The notes below the pieces were generated by a model. The model did not search any database, was not told the DNA's origin, and was given only the letters and a program-made list of their open reading frames with translations. From positions 1-58,951 of the forward strand of contig JABMNZ010000002.1 in assembly GCA_013204395.1 (NCBI GenBank): 58,951 bases of DNA. The letters are read 5' to 3'. Shown one piece after another: positions 34,523 to 44,510 of this stretch. The stretch's first letter is position 1. Each line of letters starts with the position of its first letter. Position numbers and translations under genes: made by a program. This stretch comes from Parcubacteria group bacterium (GTDB taxonomy: Bacteria; Patescibacteriota; Patescibacteriia; UBA9934; GWF2-40-263).

Positions 34523-36346
34523 CTAATCAATCACCACCCCCTGTCCAACAGCAAAATCATCTAAAGAAAGCTCAGTAGTAAGTATATCAATTGTCTTGCT
34601 CATACTCTCACTAGTCACAATATCAGTAGCACTCATCGAGGTTGTATTTGTAAGTTTAAGGAATCGTCCTACATCCGCATCTGATGGATTGATTGCGATC
34701 TCGAACCAGGCTCCAGCATTTTCAATACTTGTGATGAGTTTTGGAATCGTCCAGGTAACAAGACGTGTTGTTGCGTTGTAGCTAACCGTACCAATGTCCG
34801 TGTCAGTTGTGTCTAGCCAAGTGACATCTTGTGGAATTGTCGTGGTCATTTTTACATTTTCAAGTGTGTGTAGTGAGTTGGCCATGGACCAGTAAACACG
34901 AAACGATGTTGTCTCGCCAACTTCAGGGGGTAGTGGACCAGATCCGATTGCCGCTCCTCCCTCAGAGAAATATCTAGCATGAGCCCCAACTCTCGTATCA
35001 GAGTTCATGGAGATCACTATTGGAGTCGACTCAAGTGTTCTGGTTGAGATTACGTCACCAACTTTGTTGATTGTGAGAGTCACGTTAATTGTAAAGCTAT
35101 CAGCATCATCATCAGATAGACTCGAGTTAATTGGAATGCTCAGGTCTATCACACCAGATTGTTCAGAATCTAAACTCTCAAGACTTTCTATTTGTCCTGA
35201 GCTCCAGTGAACTGTGTCTCCAGTCCTTACACCATCGCCAAGATTGGCGTATGCCCAGTCAACAGGCACTGATCCATCCTCTGTGGAGAGTTCAAGATCG
35301 AATGAAAGCCCTTCTACAGAATCTGCTCCGTTATTTGCGTAGTCCAGAGAGAGTCGGAGTGAATCGCCAAGTTCTGCACTTTGACTAGAGCTTGAGCCGT
35401 TCACAATAACTGAGTAGGCAACAGAACCACCAAGAACATCTGTCACCAACTCCTCACTTACTTGCTTCATATAGAGATCATCTGCAACAAATCCAGTGCT
35501 CACACCAAGGGTTTGTTCTCCACTTGCTGTGGAAGTGAAAGAACCGGTAATGGTGATAGCGGTAAGTTCACCTGGTTGCAGTTGATCAATAGACCAGTAA
35601 GTTTGACCCTCTTCAACGGCTGGTTCAGTAGAGGTTATTGGGAAATCTACGGATAGATAAGGAACGACTCTTAGGTTATAGATTGGGTCAGGGCCCGTAT
35701 TTTGAATGTTGATAACGTATTCGGAAGTGTCACCCACGAGAGCTTTTTCTGGACCAGTAAACGATAGGGCTACGACAGAATCTTCAATATCGACTTTCTG
35801 CGTAACTATATCTTGAAATTCTGAGGAGAAGTTTGCTGGCTTATAAGTGAACAATGCTTGGAGCCGTTGAGAACTCGGTACTTCTGCAAGGAAGACACCG
35901 GTTATGGTTACAGCACCATCAGAACCTGCACTCAGTGAGCCTATGGTCCACTCTCCAGTTGTATCTGATTCAGGGATGGCACCATACACATGGAAGCTTT
36001 CCGGAACATTGAGTTTCATCACCAGGCTGGCCACTGGAACGTCACCAGTGTTTTCATATCGGAATGTATAAGAGAGTTCTTCCCCAGCCTTTACTTGATC
36101 AGGCCCCTCTATCGACAAGGTTAGGGTCTCACCTGATTGAAATAAGCCTTCGGTGAAGAGAAAAAAACCACCCCAAGCAATAGTGCACAGAACTGTTAAA
36201 AGAATAATGCTCTTAACAAGAAAACTTGTGAGACCAGACTTTTTACCTTTATCAAGTTTTGTTAGATCTGGCACATTACCGTCTGCATCTGCGTAAATGG
36301 ATCTAAGATCCTTTTTTATCTCCCGTGATGTGAGTCGTTTTTTCAT
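34523..36346 (-). CDS. Membrane-anchored protein with DUF11-like Ig repeats
   Basis: TM helix then GPDQVKAGEELSYTFRYENTG-type repeats. Confidence 0.75.
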   Translation of the reverse strand: MKKRLTSREIKKDLRSIYADADGNVPDLTKLDKGKKSGLTSFLVKSIILLTVLCTIAWGGFFLFTEGLFQSGETLTLSIEGPDQVKAGEELSYTFRYENTGDVPVASLVMKLNVPESFHVYGAIPESDTTGEWTIGSLSAGSDGAVTITGVFLAEVPSSQRLQALFTYKPANFSSEFQDIVTQKVDIEDSVVALSFTGPEKALVGDTSEYVINIQNTGPDPIYNLRVVPYLSVDFPITSTEPAVEEGQTYWSIDQLQPGELTAITITGSFTSTASGEQTLGVSTGFVADDLYMKQVSEELVTDVLGGSVAYSVIVNGSSSSQSAELGDSLRLSLDYANNGADSVEGLSFDLELSTEDGSVPVDWAYANLGDGVRTGDTVHWSSGQIESLESLDSEQSGVIDLSIPINSSLSDDDADSFTINVTLTINKVGDVISTRTLESTPIVISMNSDTRVGAHARYFSEGGAAIGSGPLPPEVGETTSFRVYWSMANSLHTLENVKMTTTIPQDVTWLDTTDTDIGTVSYNATTRLVTWTIPKLITSIENAGAWFEIAINPSDADVGRFLKLTNTTSMSATDIVTSESMSKTIDILTTELSLDDFAVGQGVVID

Positions 36347-39126
36347 AGGGATTCAAACAAGGTCGCGAGTAACGCATCCGAATCATTATCAATAGTTGTT
36401 CCCGCAATATCATGAGAGCTCCAAAGGGTCGATAGGGTACTTGGCACGTTAACAGTAACGTTCGTTGTTCTTTCAAGTACTCCAGGCTGCTTTTGAACTA
36501 GGAGTGTGTATTGATCTGTTTGTGGAAGGCCCATCCAAGATTTCATGGCTGCCATAAACCCCTCTTGTGGTTCGAGTGCGTCTATGGTTATTGGGAGTCG
36601 GTAAGAGAATTGGATAGTGGAGGTAGTTCCAGGTTGTGTCTGAACCCAGTTTCCAAATACTGTTTTTCCATGCTCTTCCGTAATATCTGTATGGCTCAGT
36701 GGGTCGGAAGAGTGAGTGAGTGCTGCGTACGTTAGATCGTCATCGAGTACCCAGTCATCCTCCGGTCGATCAAATAGATAGTCATCCGGCTTTTCAAAAC
36801 CTGTCGCTGAGAGAAGTTCACTTCCCTTAGGGACATACACACGTAAGTAATCCACGTTATTCACGCCGGTGAACAGTAGTCCTCGAATTCCGTAGTGAGT
36901 CCGAGCGATCGTAACGGTATTGATAATTGAACCATCCTCTGCAATGTCTACTTGAACATCAACATTCTGTTTGATCACACCGTCTGTTTTTCCTCCACCT
37001 AGGTTAGTGTCGACCACCATGAGGTAATCTCCCTCTGTCCATTTTAATTCACCACCCCAGCCACGAGCGATGATTTCACGCTGAAGATTCTCGTCGTCTA
37101 AATAAAGCTGAACATGCTTTTGACTCAGACCGGTGTTGAGATAGTCCACGACAGAGAGGAAATCTTGAGATGTTTTTTCTATGGCACGTTCAACAAGCTT
37201 TGGGGCTAAGTCACCAATAAAGGCCTTCGGTCGGTTTTCTTCTCTGTCGTACTCGAGTTCAACAATTTTCTGTGCTTCAAAGATAAAGTTGTCTTGATCT
37301 ATGGTGCGACCATATTCATCCATGGTGACAGGTCCCAAAATGGCCAGCAAGTCTGCCACAAACGTTGCGTTGATTGCCAAGACACCGTCAACGCTTGGTC
37401 CGCCAGCATCTTGATAAAATTGCATGAGCTGTCTGGCGCTGGTTGGGAAGTCAGGGAACCAGTTACCATCTTGGAATTCCCATCGAGCACTCAGCAATTG
37501 AAGTGGCTTTGGGGCGATAAGGTTCTCTTGCAAAGTGCCCTGGAGATCATAAGAACCTCCACCTGGGATTTGCATATGTTCGATCACTCCGTCATGAATT
37601 TTAATTTCAGCGAAACTTCCAATGAAACCTCCTGTGGGTCGGATCTCTGTATTATTTTGAAAAACAACTAAGTAACGCTTAGTTCCATCTGCGCCTAGTA
37701 GTGGAGCGGCCAATGCATACAGTTCTTGGAATTCCTCCACTGTCTCAATTAAAGCAGGCAAGGCCGAAGCTAGCATTCTGAGTTGATCAGCTTGGTTATC
37801 ACTGAGAACCTCTGGGGTGACATTTGTAAGCGCGGCACGTGCTTTGTGAAGATGGGGAAGCGCGGATGATAGATATGCTTGTAGTAAATTGAGTCGAGAG
37901 ATTGGGGTAGGTGAGAGCTCCTTCTCAATGGCATGATACCCGTCGGCGATACGCTCACCAGCGATGGCGAGTTCTTCTCCTGCTGTGATCAGGGAGGTTC
38001 CTGTTTGAAAACTTTCTTTGGTATTAGGTAGCGATGAAAGAATAAGGCTTGTAATGGTTCCAAGATCACCGACCGTTTCTTTTGCTTCGTCGAACCGTCT
38101 TCCGGCATTTGCAAAGGCGTGACTTGCTCCAGCTCCATCTCGTTGGATGGCTGATTGGGCGGCGCTTGATAGTAGCTCGGCTCCCTGCGCTCCCGCATTT
38201 TCAAGATCAGACTGAGTTTGTCGAAGTCCTTGCACCACACTCATGGCATGCAGAGGCAGGACAAAAATAAAAGATAGGACAAGGAATGACGCCACGGCCC
38301 TAAAGGTCCCATTGGGGAGCATGAAGGCTGGCATTTGGAATGACGGAAGTTTAATTGAGGGCCAGGTGAAACCAGGGGCGACAATTTCTTCATCAATTTC
38401 TTCTGGATCTTCTATAAATAGAAGATCCTCGATATCTTCCTCGAGCTCGTCCAACTGAGAGAGAGCTTCTTCTTCTGGAAAATCAAAATAAGCAAAAATA
38501 TCTTCTGGAACTTGTGAGGGGGCGAAGGATTTACTTGATGTGAGTGGTACAAGTGGTTGTTGGGCAAAAGCTCCCTGCGCAATTGGTTGCTCAATACGTT
38601 TTATGGAAAGGGTTGGTTCAGTGCTGCCCAAAGGGAGGCTCAGCCTGTTCCATCCATGTGTCGCAAGCACTTCCTCTGCGAGCTGCTCAGCAATATCCTC
38701 ATGTGAGAGTGATAAGTTACCAATATCAACAGCAGCGTTATCAGAAACTTTTTGTACAAGTGGGATCATCGAGTGATTACGACCCTGTAAGAGGTTTAGG
38801 CGAATCAGCTCAAACTGTGCCTCCTCGATTAGGGCCTTTGGGGTCTCTAATTCACTACGCAGAGAAAGAACAAATGGGGATGTCTCATGCTCTCTGCTAT
38901 AGGCAACAGCTGGAGACTGTTTGTGGTTTGCTGTAGCGATAACCCCTTGAAACAACAAAGTCTCCGGTACACTGTGGTCCATTAGCTCGGTGTGATTCTT
39001 TCGTGTTTTTGCCCGTGAGAGAGCACGCTTTAGTTGTGCATCGCTAGCCTTAGCGGTAATAAAAACAGGCTTCGCGGGTTTGCGAGTGGATCGGCGGGCG
39101 GTTTTTTTGGTTTTTTTAACCGGCAC
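36343..39126 (-). CDS. DUF4012-domain protein
   Basis: YLVVFQNNTEIRPTGGFIGS, NWFPDFPTSA, DTNLGGGKTD. Confidence 0.88.
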   Translation of the reverse strand: MPVKKTKKTARRSTRKPAKPVFITAKASDAQLKRALSRAKTRKNHTELMDHSVPETLLFQGVIATANHKQSPAVAYSREHETSPFVLSLRSELETPKALIEEAQFELIRLNLLQGRNHSMIPLVQKVSDNAAVDIGNLSLSHEDIAEQLAEEVLATHGWNRLSLPLGSTEPTLSIKRIEQPIAQGAFAQQPLVPLTSSKSFAPSQVPEDIFAYFDFPEEEALSQLDELEEDIEDLLFIEDPEEIDEEIVAPGFTWPSIKLPSFQMPAFMLPNGTFRAVASFLVLSFIFVLPLHAMSVVQGLRQTQSDLENAGAQGAELLSSAAQSAIQRDGAGASHAFANAGRRFDEAKETVGDLGTITSLILSSLPNTKESFQTGTSLITAGEELAIAGERIADGYHAIEKELSPTPISRLNLLQAYLSSALPHLHKARAALTNVTPEVLSDNQADQLRMLASALPALIETVEEFQELYALAAPLLGADGTKRYLVVFQNNTEIRPTGGFIGSFAEIKIHDGVIEHMQIPGGGSYDLQGTLQENLIAPKPLQLLSARWEFQDGNWFPDFPTSARQLMQFYQDAGGPSVDGVLAINATFVADLLAILGPVTMDEYGRTIDQDNFIFEAQKIVELEYDREENRPKAFIGDLAPKLVERAIEKTSQDFLSVVDYLNTGLSQKHVQLYLDDENLQREIIARGWGGELKWTEGDYLMVVDTNLGGGKTDGVIKQNVDVQVDIAEDGSIINTVTIARTHYGIRGLLFTGVNNVDYLRVYVPKGSELLSATGFEKPDDYLFDRPEDDWVLDDDLTYAALTHSSDPLSHTDITEEHGKTVFGNWVQTQPGTTSTIQFSYRLPITIDALEPQEGFMAAMKSWMGLPQTDQYTLLVQKQPGVLERTTNVTVNVPSTLSTLWSSHDIAGTTIDNDSDALLATLFESL

Positions 39127-40216
39127 AGTTGTTGTAAATGGTTTGGATTTCCTCAGCCATGGTCTGCCAGGAATACTTCTTGATCTGTTCTTTACCCTTA
39201 GCTATCAATGTTTCTCGTAGACGTTCATCGCTGAGAAGGCGACTGATCGCCTGCGACATGTCTTGGGTATCTTGTGGGTTGAAGTAAGTGACTGCGTCAC
39301 CAAGAATTTCTGGTAAGCAGCTGGATCTTGCTGCGGCGACCGGCACGGAAAAACTCATTGCCTCCAGTGGTGGCAGTCCAAAGCCTTCTGATAGAGATGG
39401 AAAGACGTACCCCTTTGCTCCTTGATAAAGACTGGCAAGTTCACTGTCTGTTGGGTCCGGACGGAAGGTGACTCCGTCCGGCGCAGTGGCCTTTAGTCTT
39501 TGGTAAAACACTCCATCTTTTCCAGCGAGTACTAGATTGATTTCAGGATGTGTGCCCCGCACGATCTTGAATGCCTCTAAGAGTCTTTCAAGATTTTTGT
39601 GAGGGTAGGCGTTGCCGACGTAGAGCAGGTAAGGGGTTGTGTCTGTATTTGGCGGCGCATTCAAACGGACAAGATCTGTTATTCCTTCATGAACAACATG
39701 AATTTTGCCTGGGGCAGTGTCTGGGAAAAAATGTAGGATGGAATTCTTCGTGTACTGTGATGGGGCAATGATGGCACGCGATTTTTTCACAGCGTGGCGC
39801 AGGACGCGACGGAACAGGGCGTGCTTGACCCAGTACATCAGGGGTCCACGGGTCGTGGCTCTGGCGGATCTGGGTTGCTCGAGCAAGATGAGGTCGTGAA
39901 TGGTCACGACAAATGGAGTCTTAGCTCTTACGGGGATGTTCCAGTGTGGGTAGTGAATGAGGTCGAGGTCTTCTTGATCAATTTTGTGTGGCATGATCAC
40001 CTGTTCTAACAAGGTGTACCAGTGCACATCAGCGATGCGATGATCAAACGTATTTCCCCCTGTGGTAGGTAACTGAGTTTCGCTTTTCAGAAATAAAACA
40101 TAGCGGTGCTTGTGGTCGAGTTGAGAAAGTCCACGCGTGAGCTCTTCAACATATCTTCCAAGACCGCCACCCCCCACCGTTGGACCTAACATCCTGGCGT
40201 CGATGCCAATGTTCAT
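39116..40216 (-). CDS. Glycosyltransferase family 4
   Basis: GIDAR, PHKN, FPSLSEGFGLPPLEAM. Confidence 0.93.
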   Translation of the reverse strand: MNIGIDARMLGPTVGGGGLGRYVEELTRGLSQLDHKHRYVLFLKSETQLPTTGGNTFDHRIADVHWYTLLEQVIMPHKIDQEDLDLIHYPHWNIPVRAKTPFVVTIHDLILLEQPRSARATTRGPLMYWVKHALFRRVLRHAVKKSRAIIAPSQYTKNSILHFFPDTAPGKIHVVHEGITDLVRLNAPPNTDTTPYLLYVGNAYPHKNLERLLEAFKIVRGTHPEINLVLAGKDGVFYQRLKATAPDGVTFRPDPTDSELASLYQGAKGYVFPSLSEGFGLPPLEAMSFSVPVAAARSSCLPEILGDAVTYFNPQDTQDMSQAISRLLSDERLRETLIAKGKEQIKKYSWQTMAEEIQTIYNNCAG

Positions 40217-40268
40217 GGGTCTATTGTACCAAAAAATCCTAGGTTTGTGCCCAGGATATCCACACGGT

Positions 40269-41396
40269 TTAGGCTAGTTTTTCAAAGATATTGAGTGTTT
40301 GCTGTGCAGACTTGCTCCAAGAGAACTGTTTGGCGCGCGAAAGACCTTTTTCAATCAATCTGGAGCGAAGCATGTTTGATCCAAGAAGGTGTTCAAGGGC
40401 GCAGGTGATGTCTGCGCGGTTGTATGGGTCTATGAGTATGGCTGCATCGTTTGTTACCTCAGGAAGTGAAGATGTGTGCGTGGCGATGACTGGTGTGCCA
40501 CAAGCCATGGACTCAAGAGCTGGTAAACCAAAACCTTCATAGATCGATGGGCACACAGTGACAGCTGCTGAGCGGTAGAGGGCAGGAAGGTCTTGGTGTG
40601 GGACATAGTCTAGAACGTGCACCCAGCTTTTCGTGTCCTGTTTCCATAGTCTGCGACGAAGATCATGAGATCGCCACCCCCATGAGCCAGCCATAACGAG
40701 ATGAAGGTCTTCGCGAGTTTTCTCGCGATAGGTTTTTACCGCTTCAACAAGTGTAAGTAGATTCTTTCTGGGCTCTATGGTTCCCACATGGAGGGCAAAT
40801 TGCTTTGGGAGCTTTAATCTGCCTCGGACCCCGTGGTCTTGTGCACGCATCGTGTGTGAAAACTGTTTGTCGAATCCATGGTGGACTGTGTGGACTCGAT
40901 TTGAATCGACTCCCATGTGGGTTTGCAGATCTTCTGATGTTGACTCAGATGGGGCGATGATTGCGGAGGCTTGTTCGACTAGCTGATTGGGTCGCGTAGC
41001 TTTGTGCCATAGCTGCATCTTGTGAGAGTAAAATTCTGGATATAATTTCCACGACAGGTCATGAATGGTGAGTACTGTTGGAATGTCTGTTGGGAGTGTT
41101 GTGATATTTAAGTTCGGGAGAAAAATCAGATCGATGGGTTCTCTGGCATGCCAGTTAATGACTGGGTGGTGTAGGAGTAGCGTTTGCAGATTGAGGAGCT
41201 TGTTTGGTGTTGGAATGTGGATGCGGGTTCCTTGATCTAGTTCAGGAAGACGGTGTTTCTTTGATCCACTAGATAGAAGTACATACTCATTATTTTTATC
41301 GATATCAAAAAGAGCACGGAGAAGATGGATGGTGTATTCCCCCACGCCCGATGGCTTTTCTGTATTTAAATGTCTGATATCTACCAGTATTCGCAT
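40269..41396 (-). CDS. Glycosyltransferase family 4
   Basis: GTIEPRKN, PSIYEGFGLPALESM. Confidence 0.93.
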   Translation of the reverse strand: MRILVDIRHLNTEKPSGVGEYTIHLLRALFDIDKNNEYVLLSSGSKKHRLPELDQGTRIHIPTPNKLLNLQTLLLHHPVINWHAREPIDLIFLPNLNITTLPTDIPTVLTIHDLSWKLYPEFYSHKMQLWHKATRPNQLVEQASAIIAPSESTSEDLQTHMGVDSNRVHTVHHGFDKQFSHTMRAQDHGVRGRLKLPKQFALHVGTIEPRKNLLTLVEAVKTYREKTREDLHLVMAGSWGWRSHDLRRRLWKQDTKSWVHVLDYVPHQDLPALYRSAAVTVCPSIYEGFGLPALESMACGTPVIATHTSSLPEVTNDAAILIDPYNRADITCALEHLLGSNMLRSRLIEKGLSRAKQFSWSKSAQQTLNIFEKLA

Positions 41397-41398
41397 AT

Positions 41399-42490
41399 TT
41401 ATGTGCGTCTGGCCCACTGCTCTTCAACAAATGACCTCATTTGTTGTTCAAAGCGTTTGCGAGAGAACTGCTCGGCGTGAGCTTTGATGTCTTGTGGGTT
41501 GTAACTGCTGTTATCAAATCGGATCATGTGATCAGCAAGCTCTTCCCAAGACTGCTCATCAAAAAATTCTCCAGAGAGTCCTTCGACAACCGTCTCTGTG
41601 GCCCCACCCTTACGATATGCAATCACTGGTCGGCCTGTGGCCATGGACTCTACTGGTGTAATTCCAAAGTCTTCTTCTTGCGGGTGAATGAAAGCGCGGG
41701 CTCCAGCGTAAAGCTTGGCTTGCTCTTCATCACTAACACGTCCAAGAAATTCAATGTTCTTTTTTGCACTGAGGCGAAGATCCTTTTCTACGGGTCCAGA
41801 TCCAAATATCTTTAATGGGATGCCAGTTCTGTTTGCAGCTTCAACAACCATGTCATAGCGCTTGTAGGCAACAAGTCGACCACCTGTAAGAAAATAATCT
41901 TTAGGGCCGTGGTCGATCGCAAAGCGGTGTGTGTCCACGGGTGGGTGAATGACGTGAGCATCACGACGATAGTATTTTTTGATTCGACGACGGACAGTGT
42001 CAGAGTTTGCAACAAATACATCCACGCGGTCAGCAGCCTGTCGGTCCCAGACTCGCAGCCGCGAGAGTAGGGGCGGTAAAAGCATTTTTACAATTCGTGG
42101 CACGCGCAGTTCTTCAATGTAGGAGTGGGTGTCGCTCCAGAGGTAGCGCGTAGGGGTGTGGCAGTAGCAGATATGCAGAGCATCGTCTCGTGTAAGCACA
42201 CCTTTGGCAAAGGCACTGGTTGAGCTGACAACAACGTCATAACCCGATAGATCATAGTGCTCTGTGGCTGTTGGCATGAGGGCCAGATACCACTGATACT
42301 TGCGCTTACCCAAAGGAAGACGTTCCAAGAAGGAAGTTCTAATATCCCGACCTTTGAAAGCCGGGAGTTTATTTTGGTCGAAGAGGAGGGTGTAGATAGG
42401 GCTGTCAGGCCAGAGGCCATGCATTACATCTACCACCTTTTCTGCTCCACCATCCTGGATGAGATAATCGTGTACCAGCGCAAGTTTCAT
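41399..42490 (-). CDS. Glycosyltransferase family 4
   Basis: ALVHDYL..GGAE, CYCHTPTRY, EEDFGITPVESMA. Confidence 0.93.
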   Translation of the reverse strand: MKLALVHDYLIQDGGAEKVVDVMHGLWPDSPIYTLLFDQNKLPAFKGRDIRTSFLERLPLGKRKYQWYLALMPTATEHYDLSGYDVVVSSTSAFAKGVLTRDDALHICYCHTPTRYLWSDTHSYIEELRVPRIVKMLLPPLLSRLRVWDRQAADRVDVFVANSDTVRRRIKKYYRRDAHVIHPPVDTHRFAIDHGPKDYFLTGGRLVAYKRYDMVVEAANRTGIPLKIFGSGPVEKDLRLSAKKNIEFLGRVSDEEQAKLYAGARAFIHPQEEDFGITPVESMATGRPVIAYRKGGATETVVEGLSGEFFDEQSWEELADHMIRFDNSSYNPQDIKAHAEQFSRKRFEQQMRSFVEEQWARRT

Positions 42491-42512
42491 ATCGACCAAA
42501 GCCTACCAACGA

Positions 42513-42541
42513 TTGACGTTTTTGCCAAAAAAGACTAGTGT
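42513..42541 (+). promoter_or_regulatory. Duplicated promoter, copy 1
   Basis: TTGACG-TTTTTGCCAAAAAAGAC-TAGTGT. Confidence 0.6.
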
Positions 42542-42710
42542 GCCACCTTACATTCAACCCGCCGTTTCCGTGTAGGCTCTGATAAGCTAACGGCACGAAC
42601 ATCCTTTACGGAAAAGAGGGTGATGAGTATTTTGCTCGTCACCCTCTTTTTGATTCTTACCTAGCACACGCTTCAGGTATGAGTTGAATTAACAAGGTTT
42701 GGAGGACGGT

Positions 42711-43493
42711 ATGGAGGTTCCGAAGCGTTTGCAAGCGATCTGTGATCGAGTGGAAGCGGAGAGCAAATTGGATATCGAGATGTTCATGAATCATTTCGTC
42801 TTGTTTCTTGATCTTGCTGGCATTATCCGAAAGAGCCCTGATTTTCTCATGGTTCTCGATGGACTTATCGAGTATCACAAGCGGGTGCAAGGAGGTGGAG
42901 TCAGCTCCCCTCACAGGGCGCGCACCGCAGCAGCCAGGCGTCTGTGGGAACTCGGGTTTGGAGAAGCTGCAGGAGCCGCAAGTTTCGATGAGTATCTCCA
43001 TGAGATCCCACCGATTCCCAACCAGCTCCTGTGGTTTGATCACAAGGTCCCTCTGATCTCGCTGGCAGACCCAAGACCTGGTCTGTCTCGCTGTTGTCAG
43101 TTTGCTAGTGTTCAGTTCTCGGAGCTGGGACTGCAGGACTGGTCGGCAGTGCCGTACAGTGATCAGTTCAAGCCTCCTGTCACACCATTTTGGTTCCGGC
43201 ACGATGCAGGAATCGAGACGTTGGGTCTTATCGCGAGCGACGTTCGTGATCAGCAGAGAGGTTCCATCAAGGCCGGTATTGCCATTGAGGGATTGTTCGC
43301 TTACGTGCATCATCCCTTCGTGATTGAGGAGGGGGTGCGGGTTGTAAAGATGCCCGGCACGGTAAAGAAGTTCGCGCGAAATCTCGGGGCCTGCATCGGA
43401 ATCTGGGACGGCAAGGTTAAACTACATCTTGATTCGGGGATTGAGCTGCCGAACCAACGAAGTGGCACGCTTCTAGTTCGTCACGGGACGTAG
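42711..43493 (+). CDS. Accessory hypothetical protein, paralog 1 (possible C-type-lectin-like fold)
   Basis: RLWELGFG..F..YL..IP..LADPRPGL..PFWFRHD..HHP..PG shared with next ORF; GGAGG SD. Confidence 0.75.
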   Translation: MEVPKRLQAICDRVEAESKLDIEMFMNHFVLFLDLAGIIRKSPDFLMVLDGLIEYHKRVQGGGVSSPHRARTAAARRLWELGFGEAAGAASFDEYLHEIPPIPNQLLWFDHKVPLISLADPRPGLSRCCQFASVQFSELGLQDWSAVPYSDQFKPPVTPFWFRHDAGIETLGLIASDVRDQQRGSIKAGIAIEGLFAYVHHPFVIEEGVRVVKMPGTVKKFARNLGACIGIWDGKVKLHLDSGIELPNQRSGTLLVRHGT

Positions 43494-43551
43494 GATCTCA
43501 ACGATGGACATGTTACGCATGTCCTTTTTTTATTGGCACAAATAGCAATGA

Positions 43552-43580
43552 TTGACGTTTTGGGCAAAAAAGACTAGTCT
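43552..43580 (+). promoter_or_regulatory. Duplicated promoter, copy 2
   Basis: TTGACG-TTTTGGGCAAAAAAGAC-TAGTCT. Confidence 0.6.
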
Positions 43581-43721
43581 GACCAGTCGTCTGCAGAGCT
43601 GGAAACAGCCAGTAATGTGGAAACCCGCGCACGCGGAACCGTGCATCCTGCCCGAAAGCTTAGGTGTCGGCTGGCGAGAGCTGTCTGACATACATGCCAA
43701 GGTTGGGAGAAAGGTACGGCC

Positions 43722-44417
43722 ATGAGGCTGACAACAGGACAGATGAGAGAGCTGCTCGCGATCGATGCAGCTGGAAGAGGGATCGGGAGAGAGGTTCAAC
43801 AGCTCATCGCACGTCTATCGTCCGGAGGTGTGAAGATCAATGCTGATGATGTTCGGCGTATTCAGGCCAAGCGCCTGTGGAACCTCGGTTTCGGCAATGG
43901 GCACAGTTCGTTCACTGGGTACCTCACCACCATCCCTGAGATCCACGAGAGTCTTTTGGGGGTTGATCCAGAATCCCCCATGCTTTCACTGGCGGATCCA
44001 AGACCGGGTCTTGTGGCTATCTGTCAGATGGTCGGTGTGGATTACGATCCTGCTGCCAATGGTCAGGCTATGCCACTTTCGGGCAAGCCAAGACTCGAGG
44101 ATCCAACAGAGCCCTTCTGGTTCCGTCATGATGACGGACGCCCGAACCGGAATCGCAAGCCCGAGGACTGTATCCGGAATGTGAAGAAAGGAACGATCGC
44201 CGGTACGGCACTGACTGGCGTCATTGTTTTCCTGCATCACCCTTTGATCTTCTCGGGAGAAGAGTTCTGCATCGATCTCCCTGGATCTGAGAGCTCAGTG
44301 AGCAGCAGGGACTGTGCGTCTCTGCGGATGAATGGAGAGACTGTCACACTGGAAGTTGATCGGTGTGCAGCTGTCGGAGAAGAGAACAGTGGTTCTCTGC
44401 GAGTACGGCGGGTGTAG
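43722..44417 (+). CDS. Accessory hypothetical protein, paralog 2
   Basis: Same motif order as 42711 ORF. Confidence 0.75.
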   Translation: MRLTTGQMRELLAIDAAGRGIGREVQQLIARLSSGGVKINADDVRRIQAKRLWNLGFGNGHSSFTGYLTTIPEIHESLLGVDPESPMLSLADPRPGLVAICQMVGVDYDPAANGQAMPLSGKPRLEDPTEPFWFRHDDGRPNRNRKPEDCIRNVKKGTIAGTALTGVIVFLHHPLIFSGEEFCIDLPGSESSVSSRDCASLRMNGETVTLEVDRCAAVGEENSGSLRVRRV

Positions 44418-44510
44418 AGCCCAGCAAACACGTGCGTCAGGTCCTCGGACCCTGGCGCTTTTTTCTTTATCAAAAAACCGACTAGATCTAGCTAGCCGGT
44501 TTTGTTTTTT

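Noticed and set aside
42711-44417. Complete diversity-generating retroelement
   Set aside because: No RT, Avd or template repeat seen in the window.
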